64,000 nucleotides of DNA from IMG/VR virus record IMGVR_UViG_3300023174_000052, positions 64,001 to 128,000 of that record, one strand, 5' to 3'. A program made the position numbers and the translations under genes. This document shows positions 39,281 to 50,027 of the stretch, in pieces. Every line of letters starts with the position of its first letter. The first letter of the stretch is position 1. This stretch comes from a virus. The notes under the pieces are model-generated. The model was given only the letters and a program-made list of their open reading frames with translations, made no database searches and was not told where the DNA came from.

Positions 39281-40516
39281 TTATTTACGACGATCTAATA
39301 TATTGATTATATAAACTTCCTCTCCTCGCCTGGGATTCGAATCTATAACTTGAACTACTATATTTTCTTCTTTACCAGTTATCGGGTCGAATTCTAATTC
39401 GACTTTTCTTTTATTGGATCTTTTATTAACGTAACTTCCAACCGACGTTGTTGCTTTTGATGGAACATCACCCGACATAATTTTTTCAGCTTCACTCTCT
39501 GCGACTTTCACATTACTTGAACCTATAAAATCGCGCGGATCATTATCTTCGATCGTTTCAACATCCGCGAGTACATATCTGTCGATATTTCCACTTGATA
39601 ATACAGACGAAGAAATTTCTTCTTCTATTTTATTCGTCACAGCAACTTCGAAAGAAATTTCAGGCGCCGATAAATATTTTTTAGTTCCATTTGGTATGCC
39701 TGGCGCTTTCGGGAGTATTAAATAAGCGGGTACTTCTACTGTCAATGTAGCTTTTATAATTCTCTCGGAATCTGAATAATCTCCGAAGTTATTATCTTGA
39801 TTTACAGAAGATTCAAAATATGCAACGAACCAATAACCTTTTTTTGTGTCTATTCTAATCGTCCTATTGCCTGGTTGCGGGTATGCTCCTGCTATCGTTT
39901 CGATGATAGTGTTTAATTGTTGGACATATTGACACCAAATAGATATTTCGTATTTTGCAGTAAAATATTTTGGTGTAGGAATAACTGTAAATTCGTAAAG
40001 ATTTCTATCTAACTTCGGTCCAAGCATCCTGCCACTAGATCTCAGCCAATCATAATTAGAGGAACGACCAGCGTAACTAGAATTTTTTAGATTAGAAGAA
40101 TTTATCAAATCTTGGTACGAAGCGTCATCTGGCGAAATCCTTTTACGTATTATCGTTTCGGGTAATTTATCTGATGTTCCACCTTGTTTCGTAGAATCGA
40201 ATTCTAAACCGTTCCTCGTTATCGAAATCATGGGTAGAATAAGCGCGCCGTTTTTATCTCTAAGTGGTGTCGTTTTCGAAAGTACGGCGAATCTTTCTCC
40301 CGATGCGAACATAACAGGTACTCTACGTTGTTCACCTGTATCTTTCGAAACCTTATAAAATAACGGGAGCGTTTCTGAGAATAGACTAAACAATGCTCGG
40401 TCGACGTCTTCTACACCACAAGACGCTATCGTATCGCTAGAATCGGGCGACGTAATTTCGTAGCCGCTCGGAATGACACCAGAGGTACCTATAGCCTTTG
40501 AATAACGCGTAGCCAT
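39281..40516 (-). CDS. tail terminator / sheath stabiliser (gp15-like)
   Basis: DVDRAL, VPVMFASGER, RDKNGALILPMISITR, YEISIW; lies between neck and sheath genes. Confidence 0.7.
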   Translation of the reverse strand: MATRYSKAIGTSGVIPSGYEITSPDSSDTIASCGVEDVDRALFSLFSETLPLFYKVSKDTGEQRRVPVMFASGERFAVLSKTTPLRDKNGALILPMISITRNGLEFDSTKQGGTSDKLPETIIRKRISPDDASYQDLINSSNLKNSSYAGRSSNYDWLRSSGRMLGPKLDRNLYEFTVIPTPKYFTAKYEISIWCQYVQQLNTIIETIAGAYPQPGNRTIRIDTKKGYWFVAYFESSVNQDNNFGDYSDSERIIKATLTVEVPAYLILPKAPGIPNGTKKYLSAPEISFEVAVTNKIEEEISSSVLSSGNIDRYVLADVETIEDNDPRDFIGSSNVKVAESEAEKIMSGDVPSKATTSVGSYVNKRSNKRKVELEFDPITGKEENIVVQVIDSNPRRGEEVYIINILDRRK

Positions 40517-40520
40517 TTAC

Positions 40521-41174
40521 TTACTCGTCTCCATAAAATGATGAGCTTCTGCCATCCTCTGCGACTTTTCTAGGGCCCGTGAGAGGTGAATCGATCGTTC
40601 CATTTTCGACAAGTTGCCGCTTATCGTTCGTTTCGCCTTGTTCGTTCTGTTGTACCCCCCGTTGTTGAACGAAGATTTTTTGTACTGCATCAGAATCTGT
40701 GAAATGTTCGCCTGTAGGTCCTTTGGGACGTTTCGATATGATTCCTTCTCGTGCGTACCTTCCTTCGAGTCTATATCCAGTCGTGTGTTCCACCTGCCCA
40801 AATATTTTAGAAATCTTAACGGCCTGAACTATTTCATAAAAAGCCGGGCCGTACGAGAAAAAGTCTCCTGCTCTTACCGTCACGCCCTTATCTAATAAAT
40901 CCCTATAGTGCACCGAAACCTTGACATTGTTCTTCGCGTCGACGCCAAAGTTTGTAGACGTCTGTTCGTATTCGCTCCATTCTACCAAACATTCTAGTTC
41001 AAGTGGAGGATCGAATACTTTTTCGGTCGCCTCTTGATATAAGTCATTGACATTCGACATGTCGGCCCTGGCTCGATAATAAAATACTTTTTGACCAGCG
41101 ACGTCTTTAATCACTTCTTTCGTGAGATCGCTAATCAAATCTAGTTCTCTCGGAGTTATAAATAAACGAGCCAT
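40521..41174 (-). CDS. neck protein (gp14-like head closure)
   Basis: GQKVFYY, DLYQEA, GDFFSYG..FYEI; synteny. Confidence 0.7.
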   Translation of the reverse strand: MARLFITPRELDLISDLTKEVIKDVAGQKVFYYRARADMSNVNDLYQEATEKVFDPPLELECLVEWSEYEQTSTNFGVDAKNNVKVSVHYRDLLDKGVTVRAGDFFSYGPAFYEIVQAVKISKIFGQVEHTTGYRLEGRYAREGIISKRPKGPTGEHFTDSDAVQKIFVQQRGVQQNEQGETNDKRQLVENGTIDSPLTGPRKVAEDGRSSSFYGDE

Positions 41175-41183
41175 GTTTTACTC

Positions 41184-42362
41184 CTAACCGACGATTATAG
41201 CTTTTCCGACAGGTATTGGTATCGCTCTAAGCACTTTTTGCAGATTATCGACCTGTTGTGCCTGTCTCTCCATAAGTTTATCGTATGTTAATGTATCCAG
41301 CATTTCTTTTAGTTGAGTTATTAATTTATCTTTTTCGTCTTTTGCTGAACTAATTAAATCGCCACCGTTCAAAGTCAATTCGCCACCGGGAATCGGTACT
41401 GTAGAAAATTTCGATCGAATGAGCCCAAGTAATTCCTTACATAACGCGAAGGCGTATTCTCTAACCCATTGTCTTCCAATCGAATTAACGTGATCATAAG
41501 AAAGATTTCCAAAAGGAACATTCGATAGATTCGAAACACCATTTATCGAAGAATCATTAAATGAGGGATTAAATGGATCCATTTGGAAACCAACACGCAT
41601 AAAAAGATTGTTGAACGCTACGTTCGTATCTACTTGCGGCACTGGAAATATTCTGATTTTCGTTCCATAAATCGACCAGCTATAATTCGAGCGTCGAACA
41701 TTATTCGACATTTTCATTTGACCTCCGCGGAGGACATCTTCGAAAACGGGAAGAACATAGAATACTGTTTCGGGAGTGAATGACTCGAATGAAAATTCGT
41801 TGTTCAAATAGTTGATCGCAGAAGTCGTGTCGAAGAAACGATACGCAGCCTGTGGACTGAGATGGAACACTTCGAATATTCTTAGTTTACCACGATTCGG
41901 ATTTAAAGATGAGCTTATGACAAGATTGCCACTTCCATCTTTTAAATCAGTGTATATGTCGTAATCTTGTTTCCCGGCTTTTAATTGTATCGAACCCGAC
42001 ATCGTATTGTAAGAACCACCTAGGCCTGCATACGCAGAATAAGGTTCAGCAAGACGTAAGGCATACTCTAGAGTCTCGCGAGGTAGTTTTTGTTCACGAC
42101 CAGCTAAACTTCCTGTTTCGGATCCCAATAAATTTAATAATTGACTTCTCGCTTGATATTGATTTAAGATCGAACCGTATTCCAGAAACGCCTCTTCGAA
42201 ACAAGCCCAAATCTGTTTCTTAGTTAATTCGACAGAAAGAACATCGTCGCCGAGCTTTCTTTTGACGAATGTAATCATCGAATCAGCCTCGGATTGAAAT
42301 GCTGTATCCGTGTCGAAGAAACCAAAAGGTGTTGGATTAAGCGTTGTTAAAAATGTCGACAT
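41184..42362 (-). CDS. neck protein (gp13-like adaptor)
   Basis: RKLG..VLSVEL, WVREYAFALCKELLGLIRSKF..VPIPGGELTLNG; ATG at 42362 with GGGAG upstream. Confidence 0.85.
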   Translation of the reverse strand: MSTFLTTLNPTPFGFFDTDTAFQSEADSMITFVKRKLGDDVLSVELTKKQIWACFEEAFLEYGSILNQYQARSQLLNLLGSETGSLAGREQKLPRETLEYALRLAEPYSAYAGLGGSYNTMSGSIQLKAGKQDYDIYTDLKDGSGNLVISSSLNPNRGKLRIFEVFHLSPQAAYRFFDTTSAINYLNNEFSFESFTPETVFYVLPVFEDVLRGGQMKMSNNVRRSNYSWSIYGTKIRIFPVPQVDTNVAFNNLFMRVGFQMDPFNPSFNDSSINGVSNLSNVPFGNLSYDHVNSIGRQWVREYAFALCKELLGLIRSKFSTVPIPGGELTLNGGDLISSAKDEKDKLITQLKEMLDTLTYDKLMERQAQQVDNLQKVLRAIPIPVGKAIIVG

Positions 42363-42393
42363 TATGAGAAACTCCCATAACACTATGTATCAT

Positions 42394-42431
42394 AAAAAAA
42401 ATAATGCGCTGGTCTTATATCAACCAGCGCA
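42394..42431 (-). terminator. intrinsic terminator
   Basis: TGCGCTGGT-N9-ACCAGCGCA followed by TTAT8. Confidence 0.8.
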
Positions 42432-42457
42432 AAGTTTCTGTAGTAAAAATTTGTAAA

Positions 42458-44743
42458 TTAACGATTTAATCCTGCCAAACGACCCCAGTTCTCTATCAAT
42501 AGATCGTCACGATCGCTTTTTACTTCGACAACTTGATCTCTAATTATATTTCTTATAGCTTTATCCAATCTAATTCTTAAATCGTCGCCCATTTCTTTTC
42601 TAACATCCTGAGTTATCGCGACGCCTGGTACGTTATCTTTGAATTTCTTTAAAATTTTCGCGATTGTTTCATCGTTCGGAGAATTATTAGGATCTTTTTT
42701 CTTCTTTTCTTCTGGTATATCGTTGATTAATGCTTTTAAACTAATTTTTTCTTTACCGCTGGTGGGTTTTTCTGATTCTGACGAGGCTTCCGACGCATTT
42801 ATCGCAGCTTCGATCCCGGCTTCAATGGACGCCTTGTCTGGTTCCGCGCCAGGTTGCTTAGCAGCCGCGACTGTTGCGACGATAGAAGCTGCTGCTCCTT
42901 CTGGGCCTTTTTCATGTGGATCTATATTTTTAATCTCACTGGGATTCTTTCTTAATTCTTCGATTTGTTTTTTTAGATCTTCGTTGTCTTTTATTAGTTT
43001 CTTTATAAGATCAAACAACTCTTTATCTTTTAATACGCTATCGACTTCTTTAGGACTAGGAGCACCACCGGCACTAGGCGAAGCTTCTTCTGGCGTTTCT
43101 GTCGGCACATCAGGTTGTTTCGGAGAAGGTCCTGATACATCTTGAAGTCTATTGATAAGTTCTTGAATCGCAGCTGCCCTCGACGTCTTTAATCCCTTCT
43201 TTTTTAACCAAAGAGACGTACCACCAACAACAGCAGCTCCTAGACCCAACCCAATCAACCAAGGCGCTGCAGCTGTACCTGCGGCGAGAATAGCAAGTCC
43301 CGTAGCTGTTATTGTAGTGCCCCCTTTCACGAGAACTTTTTTAATTACAGTACTACCAACAAACTTTATAGACTTCACTGTGACGAGAGCTAATTTCGAG
43401 TGATTCTTATATTTTGCTACTCCCCAAAATGCTTCTGCTGGTTTATTCAGGTTACTGGGATCGAATAACGTCGCCTTAAGTTCTGCAGCGCTTGAAGCGA
43501 GATTTTGTCCGCCTTTTTCCCAAGCAGTTTCCAATCCGCCATTCGATACTAAATTACCTGCTTTATCCCACCATCCTTCCTTAATACCCGCGGCTATAAT
43601 TTCCTTAGCGGTTGAGTGAGAATCGATTCCCTTTAATCCGTATGTAAGCCCAAGTTTTTGAAGTTCTTCTACTTTTTCTAAGACAGTTTGTGGAACTTCT
43701 TGTATTGTGTCAGGAGTTGTCGAAGAAAATAACCATTTTACTAACATTTTAAGAACGCCCATCTTGATCAAAAAACCAATCGCAGCAGCTGATAAACCTA
43801 ACGCGATTAATGCCTTTTCAATAGTTTGCGATTTATTTTGCTTAGTAGCGTCCGTATCTTCTCCCGCTTTTATGTCAAGAGATGAACCTTTTTTACCATC
43901 GCCAGCATCGTCAGATTCGCCACCCGAACCGTGGTATTGTCCACCACCAGCGCGTTCGTCGATTTGATCATCTTCATCCAAAACTTTACCTTCTGGTTCG
44001 TCGGTTTCAAACTTTTTATAAACAGCCGATAGTTTTTTGCTATGAAAATTCAACGCAGCACGGAGATCTTTAATAACTTCGTTAGCCATATCGGCTGTGA
44101 TTCCACCATTATCGGGACCTTTTTCTACAGCTGCAACTAAAGTATCATACATTATTGCGACTTTTGAAAGAGCGTGAATAAACACACCTTGTGCAGAAGT
44201 ATCAGCAGGTAGCTTATTTACTTTTATTGCATGTCTAACGTCGTCATCTTTGTCTATATTCGGAAACGAAGGATAATCTGCTTTTATACTATCGAATAAT
44301 TTTTTAACACTTTTATCAGCAGCTTGTTCGTATTTCGCCATTAATTCGTCGTACGCCTTTTCTGCTTCGTCAGCTTCTTTGTCGCCTAATATACCACGTT
44401 TAGCGTCATACATTGCATCGCCAACGCCACGGACAACTCTTTTGAACCAATTGCCAGTTTTCTTCCAGAATCCACCTTTTTTGTCTAATTTGTCACCGTC
44501 GCCTGACGTGTCGTATTCTAACAGTCGACGTTTACCTATGATAGAAAGTACTGTCGGTATTTTCGCAGGAAATCTTATACAATAATTTTCAACTAGTGAA
44601 GTACAAACGTAATCTATACCATAATTTTGAAACACGAATTTTGAAAATTGTGAATCATCCTCTTCGACTAAAATTCTCTTTTGTTCTGCGATAATCCATG
44701 GATCTCTAATCGAAAATAAAGTCTCTGTCAATAGTTGCGACAT
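42458..44743 (-). CDS. hypothetical 761-aa protein with membrane segments, possible internal/ejected protein
   Basis: Two hydrophobic regions; C-terminal LLIENWGRLAGL resembles the scaffold C-terminus. Confidence 0.7.
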   Translation of the reverse strand: MSQLLTETLFSIRDPWIIAEQKRILVEEDDSQFSKFVFQNYGIDYVCTSLVENYCIRFPAKIPTVLSIIGKRRLLEYDTSGDGDKLDKKGGFWKKTGNWFKRVVRGVGDAMYDAKRGILGDKEADEAEKAYDELMAKYEQAADKSVKKLFDSIKADYPSFPNIDKDDDVRHAIKVNKLPADTSAQGVFIHALSKVAIMYDTLVAAVEKGPDNGGITADMANEVIKDLRAALNFHSKKLSAVYKKFETDEPEGKVLDEDDQIDERAGGGQYHGSGGESDDAGDGKKGSSLDIKAGEDTDATKQNKSQTIEKALIALGLSAAAIGFLIKMGVLKMLVKWLFSSTTPDTIQEVPQTVLEKVEELQKLGLTYGLKGIDSHSTAKEIIAAGIKEGWWDKAGNLVSNGGLETAWEKGGQNLASSAAELKATLFDPSNLNKPAEAFWGVAKYKNHSKLALVTVKSIKFVGSTVIKKVLVKGGTTITATGLAILAAGTAAAPWLIGLGLGAAVVGGTSLWLKKKGLKTSRAAAIQELINRLQDVSGPSPKQPDVPTETPEEASPSAGGAPSPKEVDSVLKDKELFDLIKKLIKDNEDLKKQIEELRKNPSEIKNIDPHEKGPEGAAASIVATVAAAKQPGAEPDKASIEAGIEAAINASEASSESEKPTSGKEKISLKALINDIPEEKKKKDPNNSPNDETIAKILKKFKDNVPGVAITQDVRKEMGDDLRIRLDKAIRNIIRDQVVEVKSDRDDLLIENWGRLAGLNR

Positions 44744-44794
44744 TAAAAACTCCGAAGTATACTCTCTATATATATCTGAACAAAATGCGCAAAT

Positions 44795-44819
44795 AAAAAG
44801 GGCCGCCCGAAGGCGGCCC
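44795..44819 (-). terminator. intrinsic terminator after the major capsid gene
   Basis: GGGCCGCC-TTCG-GGCGGCCC followed by T5. Confidence 0.95.
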
Positions 44820-44846
44820 CAGAGGACCTAAAGTCCCAACATCAAA

Positions 44847-46721
44847 TTAGATGATGTTGAGATCGAGGATTGTGACCGTACCGTAGAAGTCGGCGCGAAC
44901 CATCTTCTTACCGTAACGGGTCATGACACCCTTACGAGGGGTGAAGTCTTCGGGAGCGAAGATGGTCGGAGTGACGATTAGCGGGACGTACGGAGCGTAC
45001 ACGTAACCGGTCTCGAGGTAAGAACCACCCTTGAAGCCGACGAGGACCTTATTACGTGGGAAGTAAGGATCCTTGTAAACGGTGAAGCGGTTGGAGAGCG
45101 AACCGATCTTCTCGGCGCCGATTGACATCGGTGAACCGACCTGGCCAGAGCCGTCGATCGAGTAGACAGGCTTATAAAGCACTGAGGCCTCGAGGATGGT
45201 GGCGACGTCAGGAGAGACGACGATGAAGTTCGCAGAACCGCGGAGAGTCTTGCGGTGGATTTCGTTCGCAACGTCGATAACGGTCTCGACGAGGGTCTCG
45301 TACCATTCACGGACGGTGCCGGTGAACGCAGGACCAGGTTGGACTGAAGAGCGTGCAATCTCAGCTCCAGAGGTCTTGTTGACGAACTTACCAGGAGCAC
45401 GTGACCAGTAGTAGTTCGCGCCAGCAGCCTGGGTGAGGAGGTCGTTGAGGATCTCGCGATCGAGCTCAAGGGCGATCTGCTCAGAAAGGATCTGGGTTAA
45501 CTCAACCTCGGCGTCCATTGAGTGGTACGCGTTGAGGTCCTGGGCGAGCTCTGGTGACCAACGAGCGCGGAGCTTACGGGTCTGAGCTGTAACGGCGAGA
45601 GATTCGATCTTGATGTCGATCTCGGGAATGGCGGGAGAAGGATCAACGCCGAAGTTAGATTCGAAAGAAGGAATCGTGAGGGTCGAACCAACACCAGCTT
45701 CGACATCGAGTAGTGAAGACTGGATGTACGACACTGAAAGATTCGCTTCCGCACCGTCGGTTGAAACTGGTGAACCAGAGACGACCATAAGAATTGAAGC
45801 GCCGGCAGAACCCGTCGCGACGAGCGGTGAAGGAGTGAATACCTTGGTAGTATTGTTCCAAACGCCGAGCTGATTCAAACGACGGACGTTAAGAATTCCC
45901 GCGCCGCCTTGGACCGTATCTGGAATAACGTTGATCTTCGTAGGAACGCCCGCGCCCGAAGCCTTAAAGAGCGAGAAGTCCTTGACCATCGTAGGATCAG
46001 CGTACGGTAGATTCGTGAATGGAATAACGTAGAAGTGGAACGCGCCACCCGCATCGATCAAATTGGCAAGACCAGGATCGAAACCAGTGAGGCGACCGTC
46101 GGTACCAGAAACGGATAGAGGAAGATCCTTCCACACACCGCCGTAATATGAACCAGTTGAAGTCGGCGTAACAGACGAAGCTGAAACGTGGACTCTGGAG
46201 AAACCAGAACCTGCGAGGTCGTACTGACCACCGGTTGCTGACGCACCAGCCTGGATGCTCTTGCCAAGTGGGTTACCGTAGATAGACGCGCCAGTTACGT
46301 AAGTAGCAGCCTGTCCCTTGGTACCGTCGATATCATTTGAACCGCCACGGTTAGTGCCATAGGAGTAATCTAGGTAGAAGAGGAGACCTGAGGGGAGGCT
46401 CATCGGTTGGATTGAAACGAGCTCGTTCGCAACGAGACCACCGAAAACACGGCGGACGATTGGGAACGCGATATTGGTGAAACCGCGGATATCACCACCA
46501 GCAGCAACTGAACCGCCGCCAGCGCCGAGGGAGTTAGCCTCGCGGAGGATCTGGGCGGTCTGGTTCTCGAGGAGGCGAGCCATATTTTCTTTGTTGACGC
46601 CGTCGAGGTTCTTGAGAAGACCGGTGCGTGACCACTTCTCAACGAGGCGCTTGTTCTCGGTACCGAGGTGACGCTCGCGAATTCCTTCGGCGAGCGTATC
46701 TAATGAAAATGAACGTGACAT
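44847..46721 (-). CDS. major capsid protein (T4 gp23-like)
   Basis: MARLLENQ, FPIVRRVF, VSIQPMSLPSGL, TRKLRARWSPELAQDL, YAPYVPL, F.PRKGVMTRYG. Confidence 0.97.
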   Translation of the reverse strand: MSRSFSLDTLAEGIRERHLGTENKRLVEKWSRTGLLKNLDGVNKENMARLLENQTAQILREANSLGAGGGSVAAGGDIRGFTNIAFPIVRRVFGGLVANELVSIQPMSLPSGLLFYLDYSYGTNRGGSNDIDGTKGQAATYVTGASIYGNPLGKSIQAGASATGGQYDLAGSGFSRVHVSASSVTPTSTGSYYGGVWKDLPLSVSGTDGRLTGFDPGLANLIDAGGAFHFYVIPFTNLPYADPTMVKDFSLFKASGAGVPTKINVIPDTVQGGAGILNVRRLNQLGVWNNTTKVFTPSPLVATGSAGASILMVVSGSPVSTDGAEANLSVSYIQSSLLDVEAGVGSTLTIPSFESNFGVDPSPAIPEIDIKIESLAVTAQTRKLRARWSPELAQDLNAYHSMDAEVELTQILSEQIALELDREILNDLLTQAAGANYYWSRAPGKFVNKTSGAEIARSSVQPGPAFTGTVREWYETLVETVIDVANEIHRKTLRGSANFIVVSPDVATILEASVLYKPVYSIDGSGQVGSPMSIGAEKIGSLSNRFTVYKDPYFPRNKVLVGFKGGSYLETGYVYAPYVPLIVTPTIFAPEDFTPRKGVMTRYGKKMVRADFYGTVTILDLNII

Positions 46722-46753
46722 ATTTTTATCTCCTTTAAGATAATAGAATTAAA

Positions 46754-48499
46754 TTACTTAATGCCTGCGAGTGTTGCCCAACGATCGACGACCACACCCT
46801 CATTTAGAGTGGTGCCAGCAGACGCCTTACCAACTGGACGGGAAGAACCACCAGCGGAGCGGACGCCCTCAGAGAGGGAACGGCCGTGCTTCGCGAGCGA
46901 CTCGGAGAGGCTTGAATAGAGGAGGTGCGCTTCGCGTAGATTCTTAGCAGAGTCTAGCGCCTCAACAATTGAACGGAACTGCTTGTCAGTGAGAGAAGAG
47001 CTCTGCATTAGCTTGTTCACATAGAGTAGCTTAGCATTAAAGAGTTTCTGCTCATTGAGCTGACGACCAAGCGCCTTGATCGCCTTTGCGGCCTCAGAGA
47101 GGCTGGACTTGAGTGCACGATTGCGACGTGACTCCTTAACTGATTCTTTTTTATCCGACTCATCTGACTCGTCGACCTCTTCGGCCTTCGATTCTGATTT
47201 ACCACGGCCGGCCTTTTTAGCTGCGCCACCTTCGTGCTTATTGAGCTTGGCGGGTGATTCGAACGCATCCTTACCAGCCTTACCGCCGCCGAAGTGGTGA
47301 GCCATGGCAGTCGCGCCGTTAGCGGCTTCACGTAGCGCGCGGAGACGACCGAGTTCACGACGAAGCATAGACTCATCGATTTCGAAGACCTGGCCTTCGT
47401 CCATGCCTTCTTCTTCCTCTTCGCCTTCGTACATTTCACCTTCGTCGGCCATGTCAACTTCGTAAGTCATACCTTCGTCGGCAGACTCGTCTTCTTCACC
47501 GGCGTCTTCTAAGGGTTCTTCGCCCATGTCTTCGCCGGCTTCGTCGCCACCGACTTGCGCTAGGATATCCTTGATTTGAGCCAACGCATCTTCTGCTGAC
47601 ATCTCTTCGCCGGCGGAGTCGTCGGCATCCATCTCGGTGTCATCGCCAGAATCATCATCACCGGCGTCCATCTCGACGTCGTCATCTTCGAATAGGTTTT
47701 CATTAATACCACGACGACCTTCTGATAGAAGGTTGCGGAGTAGGGTTTTAGTAGACATTTCAACAATCTCCTTTTCTATTTTGGTAAGTTCTCGCTTCGC
47801 GCTCTCCGCAAGGGGACCAGGAACTGAGTCCTTGATCTCTTGCTTAAGTCCAATCGCCTTGCGGAGTACCGCGTTGAACTCCTCGACGATACGACCGCCT
47901 GCGCGAAGCTTTTCGCGGCCATTGAGAGTGTCGAGTCCCCTCCTAATCATTTTAAGCTCAAGTTGAAGAGAGCGCGCCCTCTCAACAAGTGTACCGCGAC
48001 CATCGACAAGACGAATAAGATCTTGAACGTTAGATTCATCTAGATTTACTATTTTATCTAACTTCGAAGAAGTCTTCGTTCCCTTCTTAGATTCGGCAAC
48101 AGTCAATGTAACTTTTTTAACGCCTCTTGGAACCTTAATGTCGAGTCCGTCCGCAGAATCAACTGGCGCTGGTGTTGCGACGGGAGGAAGCGCACTAGTA
48201 CCTACCTCTTCGAAATCCTCGGCATCATCTTCGAGATGATCGACGTCGTCGGAAGTCGCTTCCATAGATGCGTCGCCGTCTTCTAGTTCGCCGTCAGAAT
48301 CTTGGGATAGAATCATATCAAGATCGTCATCGTTAACTTCCTCTTCTTCGCCTTCCCCTTCTAGAATTCTTTTCTCTAAGAGTGAACGAATCCTTGGCAT
48401 AACTGATTCGATGAGTTTGTCACGAGCTCGTTCCTCTGCCATTTTGACGAGGTCGTTTGCTTCATTAATAGCTTCTTGGTAAAGTTTGCCTGTTGACAT
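46754..48499 (-). CDS. prohead scaffold / core protein (gp22-like)
   Basis: Very acidic and coiled-coil; LFNAKLLYVNKL; many [LIV]xE sites; directly upstream of MCP; likely ATG at 48499. Confidence 0.8.
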   Translation of the reverse strand: MSTGKLYQEAINEANDLVKMAEERARDKLIESVMPRIRSLLEKRILEGEGEEEEVNDDDLDMILSQDSDGELEDGDASMEATSDDVDHLEDDAEDFEEVGTSALPPVATPAPVDSADGLDIKVPRGVKKVTLTVAESKKGTKTSSKLDKIVNLDESNVQDLIRLVDGRGTLVERARSLQLELKMIRRGLDTLNGREKLRAGGRIVEEFNAVLRKAIGLKQEIKDSVPGPLAESAKRELTKIEKEIVEMSTKTLLRNLLSEGRRGINENLFEDDDVEMDAGDDDSGDDTEMDADDSAGEEMSAEDALAQIKDILAQVGGDEAGEDMGEEPLEDAGEEDESADEGMTYEVDMADEGEMYEGEEEEEGMDEGQVFEIDESMLRRELGRLRALREAANGATAMAHHFGGGKAGKDAFESPAKLNKHEGGAAKKAGRGKSESKAEEVDESDESDKKESVKESRRNRALKSSLSEAAKAIKALGRQLNEQKLFNAKLLYVNKLMQSSSLTDKQFRSIVEALDSAKNLREAHLLYSSLSESLAKHGRSLSEGVRSAGGSSRPVGKASAGTTLNEGVVVDRWATLAGIK

Positions 48500-48542
48500 T
48501 GCTTTCTCTGAACGCTCCAGATTAATAACTATACGCCACAAC

Positions 48543-49148
48543 TCATTTTCGTAACAAATTTAAGTCGTGATATGTTCTAACTATCCGTCTAATATTTGAA
48601 ACGGGATCATTATCGTCAAAAAAATCTTCTTCCCACGCTTGCGGAACGTCAACTAAACTTTGCAATGCGCTAGAATAGCCCTTTTTTGTTCCCTTAGTGT
48701 GTTGAATCGGTTTTTGTACCGCGTTCCAACTATTCGATCCACCGACAACAGCTTGCTTCCCAGCATACGCACGCGGTGACGCTACGATTGACCCATTAGA
48801 TGAATTTCTACCGATAGCTTCTCCGAACATATCGAACGGTGTAGCTGCTCCGACAAAATATTGATTGTCGACTGATCTCGCAGACAATGGATCCGAAGGG
48901 CCAATACTTCCTATTTTATTTCTAAATTCAGCCTGGTCCTTTGGATCTTCGACCGTCTCGTCTTCGACGTCTTCTAATTCATCGTCATCGACAGGACTTT
49001 TATATGGATATGTTGTCGCTGATTGTCTTGGGAAATGATTCTTTGGGCGCAAAATGCCGTAGCCTGCGCCCGTGTTCGCATCATAATTTGGAAAGTTAGC
49101 AGGTGAACTTAGCGCTTCCCATAAAGTTTTCTTATTTTTATGATGCAT
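48543..49148 (-). CDS. hypothetical head-module protein (201 aa)
   Basis: ORF in the head operon. Confidence 0.65.
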   Translation of the reverse strand: MHHKNKKTLWEALSSPANFPNYDANTGAGYGILRPKNHFPRQSATTYPYKSPVDDDELEDVEDETVEDPKDQAEFRNKIGSIGPSDPLSARSVDNQYFVGAATPFDMFGEAIGRNSSNGSIVASPRAYAGKQAVVGGSNSWNAVQKPIQHTKGTKKGYSSALQSLVDVPQAWEEDFFDDNDPVSNIRRIVRTYHDLNLLRK

Positions 49149-49671
49149 TCGCCGTCGCGGGTGATTTACCAGGTACTAGTGGAAGTTCTTCTGGACCGTG
49201 CGACATTCTCTTAGAAGATTCGTAAGGATTTCTAGAAGGTGTCGTCGCATCCGTTGAATTACCATCGTTCGCTAGACTATTCGTAACTCTTGTTCCGAAT
49301 CCTTCCGGAGCAGGGCCCTGATCTGTAGGGTTCGATGAACCCGGACCTGGGGACATGGGATTCGGAAGGTACGGCGACGCAGGAAGCCCACCAGCTCCTG
49401 TTTCGACGCTTTCAAGATTTGGTGGACGACGTGATTCGCTAGAAGCATTAGCGCCGAAATCTCTATCGACAGTACCCGCCTGTAGATTTTCGACAACCTC
49501 ACCTTTTAATAATTTTTCTAAAGCATCTTTTTTAAAAGAGTTTATATCTCGTAAATGAAGACCAGGAGAATGAGGAAAAAGAGCATCAATCGTCGCTGAA
49601 TCAGACTTTCCAAGACCGCGAGCGGTTGCTTGTCCTAATTTTGTAATAGTTGGGTATTTATAAGATGACAT
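49138..49671 (-). CDS. hypothetical Pro/Gly-rich head-module protein (177 aa)
   Basis: ORF with GGAG RBS; GGLPASPYLPNPMSPGPG. Confidence 0.7.
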   Translation of the reverse strand: MSSYKYPTITKLGQATARGLGKSDSATIDALFPHSPGLHLRDINSFKKDALEKLLKGEVVENLQAGTVDRDFGANASSESRRPPNLESVETGAGGLPASPYLPNPMSPGPGSSNPTDQGPAPEGFGTRVTNSLANDGNSTDATTPSRNPYESSKRMSHGPEELPLVPGKSPATANAS

Positions 49672-49701
49672 CCTATTCTCCTTTAGAGTTTAATTAAAAG
49701 C

Positions 49702-49992
49702 TTACTTCTTAAGTTGACGAACTGCGCGAGTTTTTGCTTCGCGAAGTTGCTTAAGCTTACGAAGTAAAGCCTTTTCATCGCGTTCCATCATCATAATTTG
49801 ATGTAGACGACGCTTTGCTTCCTTCACGGTGAAATCTTCAGGATCTTCTAACGCTTTGTCAGTGCCAAGTTCATCGGCTTCAAGCTCGACTGGATCGCTA
49901 ACAAATTCTTTAGCCTTTTCTCTGAGTACGCGATTACGCTCTTCGAGGACGATCTTGCGAAGAAGCGCGGGTGTTAATTTACGGACTGCCAT
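49702..49992 (-). CDS. hypothetical protein, probable internal head protein
   Basis: KLTPALLRKIVLEE motif; GGAGG RBS. Confidence 0.7.
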   Translation of the reverse strand: MAVRKLTPALLRKIVLEERNRVLREKAKEFVSDPVELEADELGTDKALEDPEDFTVKEAKRRLHQIMMMERDEKALLRKLKQLREAKTRAVRQLKK

Positions 49993-50027
49993 GTTTACCT
50001 CCAGAGCGAAATGCTCTTATTTATGTA

